A DNA stretch of 55,611 bases, the filler included, from Sphacelaria rigidula (lineage: Eukaryota): the NCBI GenBank assembly GCA_964200075.2. It is 4 parts of 4 records of this genome, joined end to end, with 100 filler letters (N's around TTAATTAATTAA, not from the genome) between each part and the next. Parts side by side here need not be neighbours in the genome. Positions count along the whole stretch, not along the records: positions 1 to 13,829 come from CAXNAA020002640.1; positions 13,930 to 27,757 come from CAXNAA020002641.1; 2 more parts are not named here. One strand, 5' to 3'. Position numbers and translations under genes: made by a program. Below, in pieces: positions 12,342-25,000 of the stretch. Numbering within the stretch: position 1 is the first letter of the stretch; every line of letters begins with the position of its first letter. Under the pieces are notes generated by a model. It had not been told where the DNA came from, made no database searches, and saw only the letters and a program-made list of their open reading frames with translations.

Positions 12342-13829
12342 CTGCACCGCCCACGGCCCACAATCGTCGGATTGGCATGTGCGACAAACGGAACGGCATG
12401 AAAAATTCAGGGTCCGTGGGCGAGTTGGGAGGGATTCTTTGCGTGTCAGCTAGACCGTTTGGTCAGCGCATGAGGAAGCCTAGAGGCGGTGCCGTTTGGT
12501 CAGCGCACGAGGAAGCCTAGAGGCGGTGCGCGGACATGTACAGCTACCCATCCTAGCCAGGTGTGAGCAAGTCGCGCTCGGTTTCATTTGTACTGTCGTG
12601 ATCCGCATAGGGCGAATGAATGAGTTGGAATCGGTGTTAGTGTGAGCTTGGCGTACGTAGGTTCGGTTCAGCACCGAATCAGAAAATAGCCACGACAACC
12701 ATTGCCCGTTCGAACATGAGACCACAGTTGAGGCATGCCTCATGCTTCGAGGGCCAGGATACAGCAGGAACACAACAGCAGAGCGAGATACGCAGTGCAC
12801 GGTGAACACACTCAGTACGGCACTTTATGCAATACAACCGAAGCGCCCAGACAAGAAGCGCCTACATGTCAAGTCTCGGCGAAGCTTTGGGTACAAAGCT
12901 GCGGCGTACATGAACAGCGACAATTTTTTCATTCTTGTGTGGCCTGACCTGCGGAAAAAAGAAAAATGAAAACTTGAAAAGGGGTTGGTTACATACTCCC
13001 TCTGTCCCGAAAGTTAGGACCGACTTTTCTGTACGGGTCATCAGCCGCGTCTGTTTCTAGCGTTTCTATTTTTACCATGCGGCCGAGCAGCCAAAATATA
13101 TCAGTTGGCCCGAACACAGCCGTATTTGGCCCTTATTCCAGGGGCAAGGAAAAAAATAGCGAAAAAGACAAAAGTCGAACGTCAGAAAAGTGCTCAAGGA
13201 CGAGGCATACCAAGCCTCTGTACATGAAGTTGCCTGAAACGAATAAGTTTCTAATATATTTTGCCTCTTTCACCGGCTTTTCTTTCCTCTTTGGTATGCC
13301 CTAGGAGTACGGCTAGCTGCGGGATACGGCAATTCTCGAGCCGACTGATTTATTTTGGCCGTTCGGCGGCATGCTTGAAATAGGAACGACAAAAATATAT
13401 GAATGAGTCTCGACTCGAAAAACGCCAGAGAATGCAATAATAATAATTCGAAAAAATCGAAAAAAATCGGACACGGTTATGGGCCTGTACAAACAATTCG
13501 GTCCCAACTCACAGGACAGAGAAAGTACATCGATGATCGAGTCAAGCCTATTTTGCACCACATGTACTGGATGTATATACGCATTATTTGCACTGCATAA
13601 GTTGCTCACACCGCACTAACAAAGGCAAACTGAACCGCACCTGTTACTCTCTTTGATTCATCAAGTCGTGTCACTTGTGACCCTATGTGGGGGGGGCGTA
13701 CTCATTTGTTGCTTGCCTTAGTCGTTCGACCATTGACCTTGCATCCCTACAAAGCCGGGACGGAGCACGCCGAGTTTTCGCCGGACCAGGCTTGCACTCA
13801 AACCACCAAGCGCGAAGCGCCGTGGTGTG

Positions 13830-13929
13830 NNNNNNNNNNNNNNNNNNNNNNNNNNNNNNNNNNNNNNNNNNNNTTAATTAATTAANNNNNNNNNNNNNNN
13901 NNNNNNNNNNNNNNNNNNNNNNNNNNNNN
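13830..13929. other. Artificial contig spacer
   Basis: N44-TTAATTAATTAA-N44 (stops in all six frames). Confidence 0.98.
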
Positions 13930-14389
13930 TGATGTGGAGTATGACACATTTTTTTTTTATCAGTTTCACATGAACATAAAGTAGCTCAGATACAGCACCA
14001 TAACCGATATCAGACCCGCAACGAAGTAAAAAAAAAAATCACGAACAAAAACGCCGCTACTCAACGAACTACGCCACATGGTGCATCCGTGGGCAGCTAC
14101 TAGCTACTGGACATGGGGTACATAATCCCGTTGGAGTATTATATGCGCCAAGTTATGCGTAAAACTTGAGTTTTTTGCCTTTGTTATGCTGGAATCTCCA
14201 AAGACATATGTTCGCATATGCTTATGCGCAGAACCCCGATTGATGCGAAATCATATGCGCGCATAAGAAGCAAAAACCTGCTGTAGTACAAGTTTGTCGT
14301 TTATTTTCTGCTCTTGTTCTTGTTTTTTCCACATCGAAACACACACTTGAAAAACGTTCCTCTACTTTTTCTCATTTATTTTTCTCCAG

Positions 14390-15993
14390 GTGGAATTGAC
14401 GTACGTGAATGGCATTGCCGCCCGGGCTTCGTCGAGAAGGCGAGGTCGTCGGAGAAGGCTGGACAAATCCGATGAAATGACGGATTTGGTGGATCTGGAA
14501 AAGTCTACGTGGGGACGGAATCGACAGCTACAGACCGAGGTATGTATGAGATCGTGACGGCTTTCATGGATTTGGAAGAAGTGGAGCTTTCTCTCATTTT
14601 TTCTTCGGAGCGTTGTAACAATGCCTTTCATGTTTTCTCAACTTTTGGTTGGTCTTTCGAGATTTCGAACGATACTTGAGTAGCTGAGGTTTGATCGGCA
14701 CCTGAAAAACGATTGTTGTTGTTGTCTTCACATTAGAAAATGTTCCGATATCTGCGCGGTACATTCGTACTGGGCATCTGATGCGGACGCCTTCCGAATT
14801 CATGGGCTAGCTTCCTATAAATATGGTATGAGGATATCAGACAAAACCAGAAAAAAAAAAAACCCAAATTCAAGAAAAGTATCGACGATTGCGTCTGCTG
14901 CAATAGACGAGAGATTCCATACTGTACGCAGTTCACTTCTTGACACTGTGATATGTTGTTTAGAGTGTGGTGGGTTTTAGGTTCTGCGGTGCTGGTCTCA
15001 GAAGTTTTATGCAGCGCACGTTTTTTTTTTTCCGGGAAATTGCTCACACTATGGATTGAGAGATAAATGGATGGATTGATCTTGCCCCTGAATTATGCCT
15101 TTGTAAGAGCAGGTCGAGTAGAGTACTGTATGTTCTTCTGCATACTTGGGTGAAATACCCGAGTATTTACTCTACTTAATTCTTGGGTAGATTGGGTACG
15201 GCCTGAATACTCTACTCAAATTTTGAGTAGATTGAGTATGACTTTTAACAATACCGAGTGTTGAGTATACTCTACTCGACCTGCCCTTGAACTCTATGAA
15301 TAACAAGCATTGAAACTGGGCTGGTGAATGGCCTGCAAAATATTGTTTCGAATCCAGGCCGGCCCAGGCTATGAATCGCAGATTCCCACCTCAAGTTCGA
15401 AATTTGCTCTTTGAAATTTGGTGTGGAGAATCGCAAGAGTATTCTAAGGGGCGTGTCTTTGCGCATTAGTTTTCGATCGAAAAATTGCGGTGGAAAACAA
15501 AAATCCCGACCTGATAGGTCGTGATCTCAACCATTGTCGCAAATTTTGAAGATGGTCAAAATCATGACCTGTCAGATCGGGAGTTTTGTTTTTCACGGCA
15601 CAATTCCGATCGAAAGTTGCCGGACCACATTGATTTTCGTCAGTCAAGAATACCCTCGTGACAGGGAGGTATTTTGTACACTAGGACCAGTTCTCATGTG
15701 TAATTTTTTTTTTTGACATGTGCATTCTTGGTCCTTCTCCCTCGGTTTCCGCCCGAAAAGAGGGTTAGGCGGATGTTAAGACGTCGGAGTGACTTGCTCT
15801 ACTCGTTGAGACCGTTTCAAAGCACTTTCACGCTTCCCGTCGGTGACAGTATTGTTCTTGGCCAAACTTTCATTTTGATTAACAAATGATCAAGTCATCA
15901 AAAAGCAAGGGGAAAAACCCGCGTGCTCCGTCTCGACTTTGTAGGGGTCGGAGCTCCTTGGTTTTTATGTCTACGGCATGCAGTATCATAAAT

Positions 15994-16030
<37 letters not shown>

Positions 16031-19000
16031 ACCCCCCCCCCCCCCCCCCCCGCCCCCCNNNNNNNNNNTTTTGTGTGGGGGGGGGTGTTTTTTTTTTTTT
16101 TTTTCGAGCCGCCGGCAAACAAAAACACCCCCCCCCCCCCCCCCCCCCCCGGTCTTTGTGGCGTACCCTCATAATTTACACGATATGCGTCTCTCTCTCT
16201 CCTCTGCTGCTATGGAATTCCCATTCAATTTAGTATCAAAAAAGACTGGAGTATGAGATAATAGCACCCGAGGCAACGGACAGGACGGACATATTGGACA
16301 CCATCGATGCTGGGGTGCGCGGACTCAACGCCATATTCGCCGTTCAGGAGGAAGCTTCTGGCTTCCAGGATGCTCAGGGTTACGTGAGTGTTCTTTGATT
16401 TCTTGCTTGTCCTGGAATCGCTGTCTTTCCGGCAGCGAGTAAGCCATCCGAAAATTCAACCCATGTTGAAGTGGTACATGGGGTAAGTGAAGTTGGTCTC
16501 AGAGACGAATTTGCCGCCAAACGTTTTCAAATGATGAAAAAAAATGGTCATCCACCAAAGAGTCGACACGTGCTACATACAAGAGTGTCGACATCATTCG
16601 CATCGGCATCGTTTTTACTTGAACAGATGGATCCACGAATCCATTTAAGATTAACCACAGTGGCCGTGAAAAGGGTTGAGATGAAGATTATGCTGATCCA
16701 AAATGTCACCTACCCTCGCGGTGAAAGGGTGAAGTAGTGAGGCCATGGTGAGAGTGGTGGTGTCAACCTTCTGAGTACCTACCCTGATAATGAAAGAGTT
16801 GATCTTTGGGGGAGTTTACAGTCCCAAGTACTGCTATTATAGCTCGTCCTAAACGTATTTTGGTCGAAAGTGGGCGTCCCGCAGGCGCCGATTTGAGGTT
16901 TACCAACGCATCTTTTTGCCTAGGACATCCGCTGCACCCTCTGTGTCTGAAGGTTCTCATGCCTTGGTCGGGGTGAGGGTTGGGGTTGGCGGCATCTCGT
17001 GAATACAGGGTGGGCCGCCCAAGACGCGAACAGGAGTATTGGCACTGCTCAACTTCGAGTCGTTTACTATAACATGATATTTTGACACGATGTGCAGGAC
17101 GTATACGCGAAGACCGCACCTTTCCTTCCCTACTTTATGTTTTTCGTAACTTATTTGTGATCTAGTTCCAAAAACTTTTCCCGAGTATTCTGTCGCCAAT
17201 ATCTCACGGCAAAAGGACGCAGGGCGGAAAAAGACGTGGTCTTCGCTCATACGTCCTGTAAATGTTGCCAAGTTTCCACAATAAACGGCCCGAACCTGAG
17301 CAGCATAATCACGTTTTTGTGTCGAGAACCGGTTCCCATGTGGAGATGGACCAGTCACGAACAGTTGAAACGCAGTTACGCTGTTCAGTTTCATGTTGTT
17401 TTCCATGAAATTTTGATAAGATGTGCATGCGGTACGTTCATGGACCCTCCCCCTACCTCCCCCTGGCGCTTGTTTGGGCAACGGTCTAGAAAAGGTATAC
17501 CTTTTTGTATTTTGCCCAAGAAAGGCACGAAAAATGACCAGACACGCGAAAACAACACAGCACACCATCTAGACCGATTACGCCCCGGATTTTTCACGCA
17601 CAGCAATCGGGGGGCTCCTCGGCTCCCGGGCCCCGAAACAAACCTAGAAAACGACTTGTTTCTCGCGAGATGTAGCCGTGCGCAGAAGGACGCCTCGCCT
17701 GCAGCACCCTATAGCCTAAGTCCCTCAAAACTCTGGTGCTCAGATCAGTGGGGTATGTCCGCTATGGAGACGCTCCACTGTGGCCTCAAAACCTGTCGCA
17801 TTGTGAGCAGGGCCTCCTTATCCGTATGGCCAGTGAAGCATTGGGCCAACATGTTGAGGAAGTTGCCCAATGTGGCCTATGCCTTAGTAGGCCAACATTC
17901 TCAGTACCACCAACTCGTCTTCAGTTAACTCCCCTCCCGTGCCCTGAGTTTCCGGTCCCTGATGTCCCTGTTGCTCTAGTTTCCTTCTGTCCTCTTCCTC
18001 TTTGATAGCAGTTCTCTGGGCCACCGAGTGCACCGGAACCTTCTTGCCGTTTGCATCTAAGAAAAAACTAGTTGCAATCTCGTTCAGGTCCAGAGCCCTT
18101 CGTGGTCCCTTAAAAGCTGCATGGGCCTTCAGTTTCTTCAGCAATGAACTCCGTTGACTATCGGCATTGGTGCCCAGTAGGTATCGGTTCACCTTGCCGA
18201 TATCTTAGCTTTCTAGAGCATTAATCTGCTCAACCAACTGGACATTTGGTCGGTGTGGCCTCTTAGGAGGCTCTCTCCGGCTCATGGATATTATACTGCC
18301 GGAACCACTGAGGCTGTCTGATGTTAGTCCTACATAGCAATAGCATGCGATAAACAAACCCGATGGCATACAGCACGTTAGCCCTCCCCTGACATGGTCC
18401 ACCATGGTATTAAATGCCCTGAGCATATCACTGTCATCGAATATGACAGACACACATTGCCCTCCATTTGAGAGCATTAGTGCCATATCTCTCTTAAGGG
18501 TACTGAGTACCTCTCCTATTCTTATCCTGGTGTCTGACTTCACCTTGCTATCCACCAGCTGGGGCAGGGGCATTAGGGTACTTTCAGAAGGGGGGGAAAC
18601 CTTCGTGTGCACATCAGGTCCCAAATGTTGCCACACCTCAATGAGTGCTCCAGCTAGCACATACTTCCACGCTACCCTAGTGCAATGACCAACCTCCTGC
18701 GTGGTTATATGGGACGTTATGCCAGTGGGCACACTTTTACCGGTGGCTATGGCCAACCGTGATACGACTTCCGTGAGGTTGTCCACTCGGCTGATCAGGA
18801 CCTCTACCTTTGATGCCATGACGGCAACGTTGGACGTACACACGCTCGGATGCAGCAGATGAAGCTTGAACCGCGAGGTACACCATGACTCCACGCTTTA
18901 TTACAGGACCAGGGATACCAGTGTTGATAGGAGTTGGTGCACTCGGTTTAGATGGTGGTGGTGCTCCAGATGTCAAACTTTCAACCAGGGTTCTCTCCTC

Positions 19001-22000
19001 CTCGCTAACAACCGAACCACTGTCCGATTATACACCTCCAGTCTTGCCACTTCCAACCTTACCACCCATGCCCGGAGAAACAAAGTATTGTGGCACCTGG
19101 TTGCCTGATCCTACAGCACTGGTGAAAGCACCGGCGTATGCTGCGGTACCAGATGCCAACGGTACACCAACACCGGCATCCATGCTACTCTTGGCTGACG
19201 TGGAGATACGCTTGGCCAGCTTTGCAATGTCACGCTGTAAGTTCTCCATTGTTGCCGGTTGTGCGCTGGTCCCATCATTTGCAGACGACACAGACTTGAC
19301 CGCCTTCACAACCTCATCACCTGCAGCCCTGGTCAACGTCGTAATCTCGCTACTGGATGCGAGGATGTTGTTGTACCGCTCTAATAGATCCCCGATAGAA
19401 ACACCCTTGGTCAGCATGTGGGACGTCATAGCGTCATCACTGACCTTCACCCTAACAGCATCTTTGGCAAATATGGTGAAATGACCAGTGGTGATGTCCT
19501 CATCCGTGACACCCTTTCTAGCACCAACAGTTGGCTGTATCATCTCGTACATCCTGACCACATGACCGCTGTTGCTCAACTTCTCCTTTACTTCATTGGC
19601 CACCATGCAGCCGGTGTTGCCTATACCTACTATGGACACAGTGTCACCAACAGGAACGTCCCCCAAGAGCACACCCGATATGTAGTAGGACATCTGATCG
19701 ATACGACCTATGTAGCTGACACCACGTTCAACCTCGTGAAACATCTTCCCACCTGACATATAATCCACATTTACCATTCTAATGCCTGTAGGTACAGTTG
19801 CGCCGCAGGCAAAAAATGGCGTTACACGACGCAAACGCCTCCTCTTTTACCCCAACAAATCAACAAATCAACAATAAATCAAGTTATTATATATGATTTG
19901 ATTGTTGTTGATTACTTGATGACAACCAACTAATCATGAGAAAGTTGATGCGATGTTGATACACAATCAAATCAATTTTTTAATCATGATCACCCGTGAT
20001 TATTTAGTTGATGAGCAACCCTAGCCACAAACCTACCATTGTAGGGGGTCCAATCCCCGAAGGGCACGGTTCGGACGAATCGCCGCCGGTTCTAATCGTC
20101 AAATCCACGATTTTTCAGGCGTGATTGCTCGGAAGATGGAAAAAAGTTGACCGCTGCTCAAAAAAATCGTCACGCAATTTTTGCGCCATTCGACGTGTCG
20201 GTGGTGCGCGTACCTGAAAACAAAGCCTAAGGATTGATTCGTAGGGCACGAATGAAATACAAAAAAATCAAGTAATATCCAGACGAAATAATTCATTTGT
20301 CCGACCCCTTCAAAAGGGCTAATAATAATCAAGGGTTGTGGCGGTAGGGTTAGTAACATGTTGTCGTTGTGGCGTTCGTGAACGGCAAGTGGACGGGAAA
20401 AAAGCCGAATGTGTTGACGCAATGGTTGGAATTGGCGCGTGAATTCCCTCGCGCACAGTGTGCCGCATCGGGTACAGTGTGGGAAGAGATCGCCCAGGTA
20501 AGGTACGATCGAAACAAAATTCCTATATCAGGTATGCCTTACCGAAATTTGGCCTTGGAAAGGGAATTGGTTTCTGCAGGCGAAGCGTCCTTCTGCGCAT
20601 GGCGACGTCTCGCGAGTAACATGTCTTCTTCTGTGTTTGTTTCGAGGCCCGGGAGCAGAGGAGCCCCCGGATTGCTGTGCGTGAAAAATTCGTAGCGCAA
20701 TCGGTCTAGATGGTGTGTTGTGCTGTTTTCGCATTTCTGGTGACTTGTAGTACCTTGGGCAAATACGAGAAGGTATACCTTTTCTAGGCGATTGCTTTTG
20801 TTTCTGTCATGAATCGCCGAGACATTCGCACCAGGAAACTGTGACGAAATTTTGATCACCAACAACTCACGAGAAACAAGAAAAGAGGTGAAGAGATAAC
20901 AGTGAGGGCTTTGCAAATACCTCGTGTTCATGGTGTCAAAATTCCACAGTGAAATGATGAAAAAATTGTGCTGCCCAGCCGCGTTTTCCTGTCGAAAACC
21001 AGTTGACTCGCTTTTTTCAAGTATAACAAGCTCAGCCGGAACTTCGACGTTCTTTACAAGCTTTCTTCACCCGCTGCTTACCGGTTCGCGCGTTACCACC
21101 AGACGTCTTGGCGTGCTCGGGGCTACATCTGCGTGCTATCTCAAACAGTGCGCGCCTACAGTACGACATGCATTTTTGTACACCACACCACACCAACTTG
21201 TGCAGCAGCACGACTTGCGGCCGCGGCACGCGGCACAACCGACTGTAACCGAAAATTCGATTTCAGCCGTTTTGCCCTCCGTAGTCCCGCCGCACATGTC
21301 AGCCTCAACAATACACACTTTGCAGCTGATCTAAAGTTTGTTATTCCGCTTGATTGGGACTTATCGGATCGCCGTGCTACTACTGTGCGTGGATTGGAAG
21401 ACGTGCGTTGATTTGCAGGTCACCACGATATATGATGGTAGGCACGACTCGCGATGCATCGTTGGTTAGACCAGGCTGGAGGAAAGTGAGCTTGTTGGGC
21501 GGCCCAAGCTGGGTTACACTATTATTTTAACCATTGTTCTCGACCATGTGGTGATCAGCCCTCTAATCCTTTGGGAACGCGACCCCTCAAAACATGATGT
21601 TTGCACGCACGGGCCTTTTTTGAATCGGCATCATTTTCACCTGAAAACGACCTGAGATGAGGTGCCGATTCACTGAAGCCCCCTGCGTGCAAGCCCCGTG
21701 TTTCTGGGAGTCCGCTCCCATGAGGGTTGATATGTAGGCTGTAATGTACTGTCTGTTTTACATCGTGCTATATGCAGACGGTACAACCAATACTATGTTC
21801 TCTGCACTGCACGCTGTTCTATTTTTTGTCACGCCCCCGTCTATATGCAAACAATACAGACGGTGTGTACCATCTGCAGTGCAAGATATTCTTATGTTTC
21901 TCGAATACAGTACAACAAGGCAGTACAGTACTACAAAAATGTACAACACAAGTGCTGCACATCTGGATGCAGGTGCTTCAAGGGGTTGATACTGTATCCT

Positions 22001-25000
22001 GCTATCTGCTGTCTGTGTACAGTAGTTTGGATTGCAGCGTCCTTAGAATACACGTGTCCTTGTGTACAGGGACCCCCTATTAGTTTTTTTCAATCGCTGC
22101 AGTAGCACCTGTGTTCAGACCCGCGGTGATGAGGTAAAAGGTTCCCGGCCAAACCTCAAATTACTTGAGGAAGGCATCGAAACAGCTGCTCCGGAAATAC
22201 CCTCTCGACCCTTAGACCGCTATGCGGCGATGCGGGTTGTCCATCCGAATCATGCATGACTTTTTTCGAGTAAAATTGATGCCGATTCACCTGTTGAACT
22301 ATCCTCGCGGTGAAAGGATTAACCCCTCGACAGCGAGGGTAGTCCATCGGGAGAATGCATACAACAGTATTTCTTCGAAGTGAAATTGCAGGTGATTCAA
22401 CAGATGATCAAATGTTTGCCGACAAAGGATTAACCTTTTGACCGGGAGGGTACTTCACCCGCTGAATCGGCATCGATATCACTTGAACAAAGTATGCTTG
22501 ATCCAGATGGACTACCCGCATCGCGGTCCAAGCGTTGAGGGGTATTTCCGGAGCAGTCGATTTTCATACCTCCCTCAACTAATCTGAGCCAGAGAACCTT
22601 CCAATTCTCCACCGCAAGTCCGAAAATAGGTGCTGATGCTGTGATGGAAAAATAACGCTGTACACAGGGACATAAATACACAGGCAACACAAAATAAGTT
22701 GCTGTACAGAGAGAGCAGAATGTGTACGCCTTGAAGCACCTGCATCCAGAATCCCGGCACTTGTGTTGTGCACTCTTGTTGTACTGACTGTACTGTACCC
22801 TGTTGAACAAAAGCATATCTGCGGTGTGCGGAGCATAAGAGCCCAGCGCGATCCGAGGCTTGCGGATGGTGACCAATCGTCGGAGAACATACAGCAGTTG
22901 GCCTCCTAATTTGCATCGCATTTTGAACGGGGGTATATGATGATATACTTGTCGACTTCATGGTCGACGAGGGAAAGGGATCGCTGAACCCTACACGGGA
23001 TATTATTCAAGGCAAGCACGGCACCAGGAAGGTGTGGTATGAAAAAAAATGAAAATATATGAATATAAAATCTTCTCCATTACCCTTTTCTCGTGTCCAC
23101 ATACGCCGAAGTCTGTAGACTGGTGTCCAGAAAAATAGGGATGACACTACGCACACTCACACAACACACACACCGACGTCGTCGTCTGATATGAAGGAAT
23201 GATCGTCCACTGAAGGAGAGGGAGAGACAGCTGTTGTTGTACTATCTGTATAAGTTACGGTACATAACAAGAAGAATGAAAATGCCTTAACGTGCCTGTC
23301 GAGCAGCACAATCAGCGACAATACAGTACGGATAGTGCAGTACAATATCATGGCATGAAGATCAAATACTCATTGACGTAGCCATGGGTGCCCACTACTT
23401 TCATACAGTGATGCTTTTTATTTTTTCTTCCGCTTGCGCATGCCTGATGCCTGGCGTGCGAAATGGTGTTTGTTTTGAAAAGTCTGACGGACTTTTTTTC
23501 TTGCGTCATATTTCTATTTCGCCTCCGAAAGTATTTGCATCGGTGCTTGATCCCCAACTACTCTCGTGTCTTTTTTGTCAGATATTTATTATTGTATATT
23601 TGCCACAACAGCAAAGTCAGTGACATACGAGCTGGGCCAGCCTAGAGGCGGATTTGAAGTTTGCAGGCCCATGCTCCCGCCAATATTTAGAGTCGGACCC
23701 TGAAATTTGGTATGGACAAAGCATAGAGCATGAAAAAAAATTACGCCGGGACCAGAAGATTTTTCTTCTATTTTTTCACTAGTTGAAGGCATTTTACTGA
23801 TATCTGAAAACTGATTATTTCCCATAACTCATGAAAAAATAATGGAACTTTTGGTAACGCTGTATTTTTTTTCATGCCCTATTCAATGTCCACGCCAAAT
23901 TTCAGGGTCCAACTCTGAATATTGGCGGGAGCATGGGCCTTTAAAAAGCCGGGTCGGTAGAAATTCGGAACATTATTTCGCAGGCCACTCACCGGTCCGT
24001 GTTTGGTTTTCGTGTATTGAAGTTTTGTATGGGCGCTCTCTAAGGCATAAATGACAAAAGAAAGTGGGTCAAGTTGCTTTTTTTAATTTTTTTTCATTGG
24101 TTTAGGGCGTTCTACCATGGTGAAGACCATTTCTCCACGAGAACGCCCTAACCTCTACAAAAAAAAAATGATGGCCCATTTTTTATTTTTATTGGGCACT
24201 CTTTTGTGGTTCTCCACACCAAAATTCGTCGCCCTCTGTTCAATGCATCGATCGGGAGTTTCATGGAGATTTTTGTATTGGCGCTATTTCCCTTAGGTGA
24301 AGGACTTATTAGACATGAGGTTTAATCAACGAGAGAATATGGGCCCAAACTTTTGAGTAGATGGGCACCTTCCCCTTGATTGGACGGTTAATACGATATG
24401 CGGATCACGGCCCAACTCGTCTGTGTCGATGAGATATTGCTTCTCGAGCTTCAAATCGTTTTCAGGCGGTTAATACGATATGCGGATCACGGCCCAGCTC
24501 GTACTGTATTGCTTTTTCTCCCGCTTGCACATGCCTGTGACATGCGAAATAAACGGTGTCTGTTTTGAACTGAATATCACTGACTTTTATTTCCCTTGAT
24601 ACATTTTTTTCGCCCCCGAAAGTAACTGTATTGGTGCTTGTATCCCCAGCTATTATTGGATTTTTTTGTTTTCTCAGACCTTTTTTTATTTGATTCGCCA
24701 TGGTTGCCCACTATTAGTGCTACAACGGTACAGTCAATGGTATATTGCTTTTTATTCCGCTTGCACATCTCTGACATGCGAAACCATGTCTGTGCTGAAC
24801 TGACCGTAATGGACTTTTCCCTCTTGGTGCAAATTTCTCTTGTGTATCCGAAAGTAAGAGCTCTGGTGCTTGGATCCCTTTTTTTTTTTTTTTCAAGGTA
24901 TTTTCGTATTTGATAAGTTTTGTTTTGATGCCTTTATTGTGTCACATGAAGATCCCTCGTTATTGGGGAACCAGCCTTGGTACGTAGCGAGATGGGATAT

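Larger units (their letters stand above)
17006..21511. mobile_element. Large non-autonomous Tc1/mariner-type element enclosing foreign sequence
   Basis: TA|CAGGGTGGGCCGCCCAA at left and TTGGGCGGCCCAAGCTG at right (15/17 match; right TA absent). Both arms are homologous to 4770-5880. Inner inverted repeats at 17486-17704 and 20574-20787. Confidence 0.78.

Noticed and set aside
12455-12529. 2 x 37-bp tandem duplication
   Set aside because: Small local duplication at a probable TE end; no further structure.
12800-12965. Strong minus-strand acceptor (ttttccgcag) upstream of the first visible U2AF65 exon
   Set aside because: All three frames hit stops and none resembles the RS/ULM region; probably repeat-derived.
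15990-16150. Poly-Pro/poly-Gly ORFs
   Set aside because: Homopolymer C/G/T runs around an internal N gap; low-quality sequence.
18885-19484. 199-aa antisense ORF over the foreign block (ambigrammatic narnavirus-like?)
   Set aside because: It lies in the frame sharing wobble positions, not the codon-aligned reverse frame, and is not continuous across the block; likely a shadow ORF.
23174-23247. Minus-strand exon-like segment (DSTTTAVSPSPSVDDHSFISDDDV)
   Set aside because: Isolated, no partner exons, and antisense to the supported gene.
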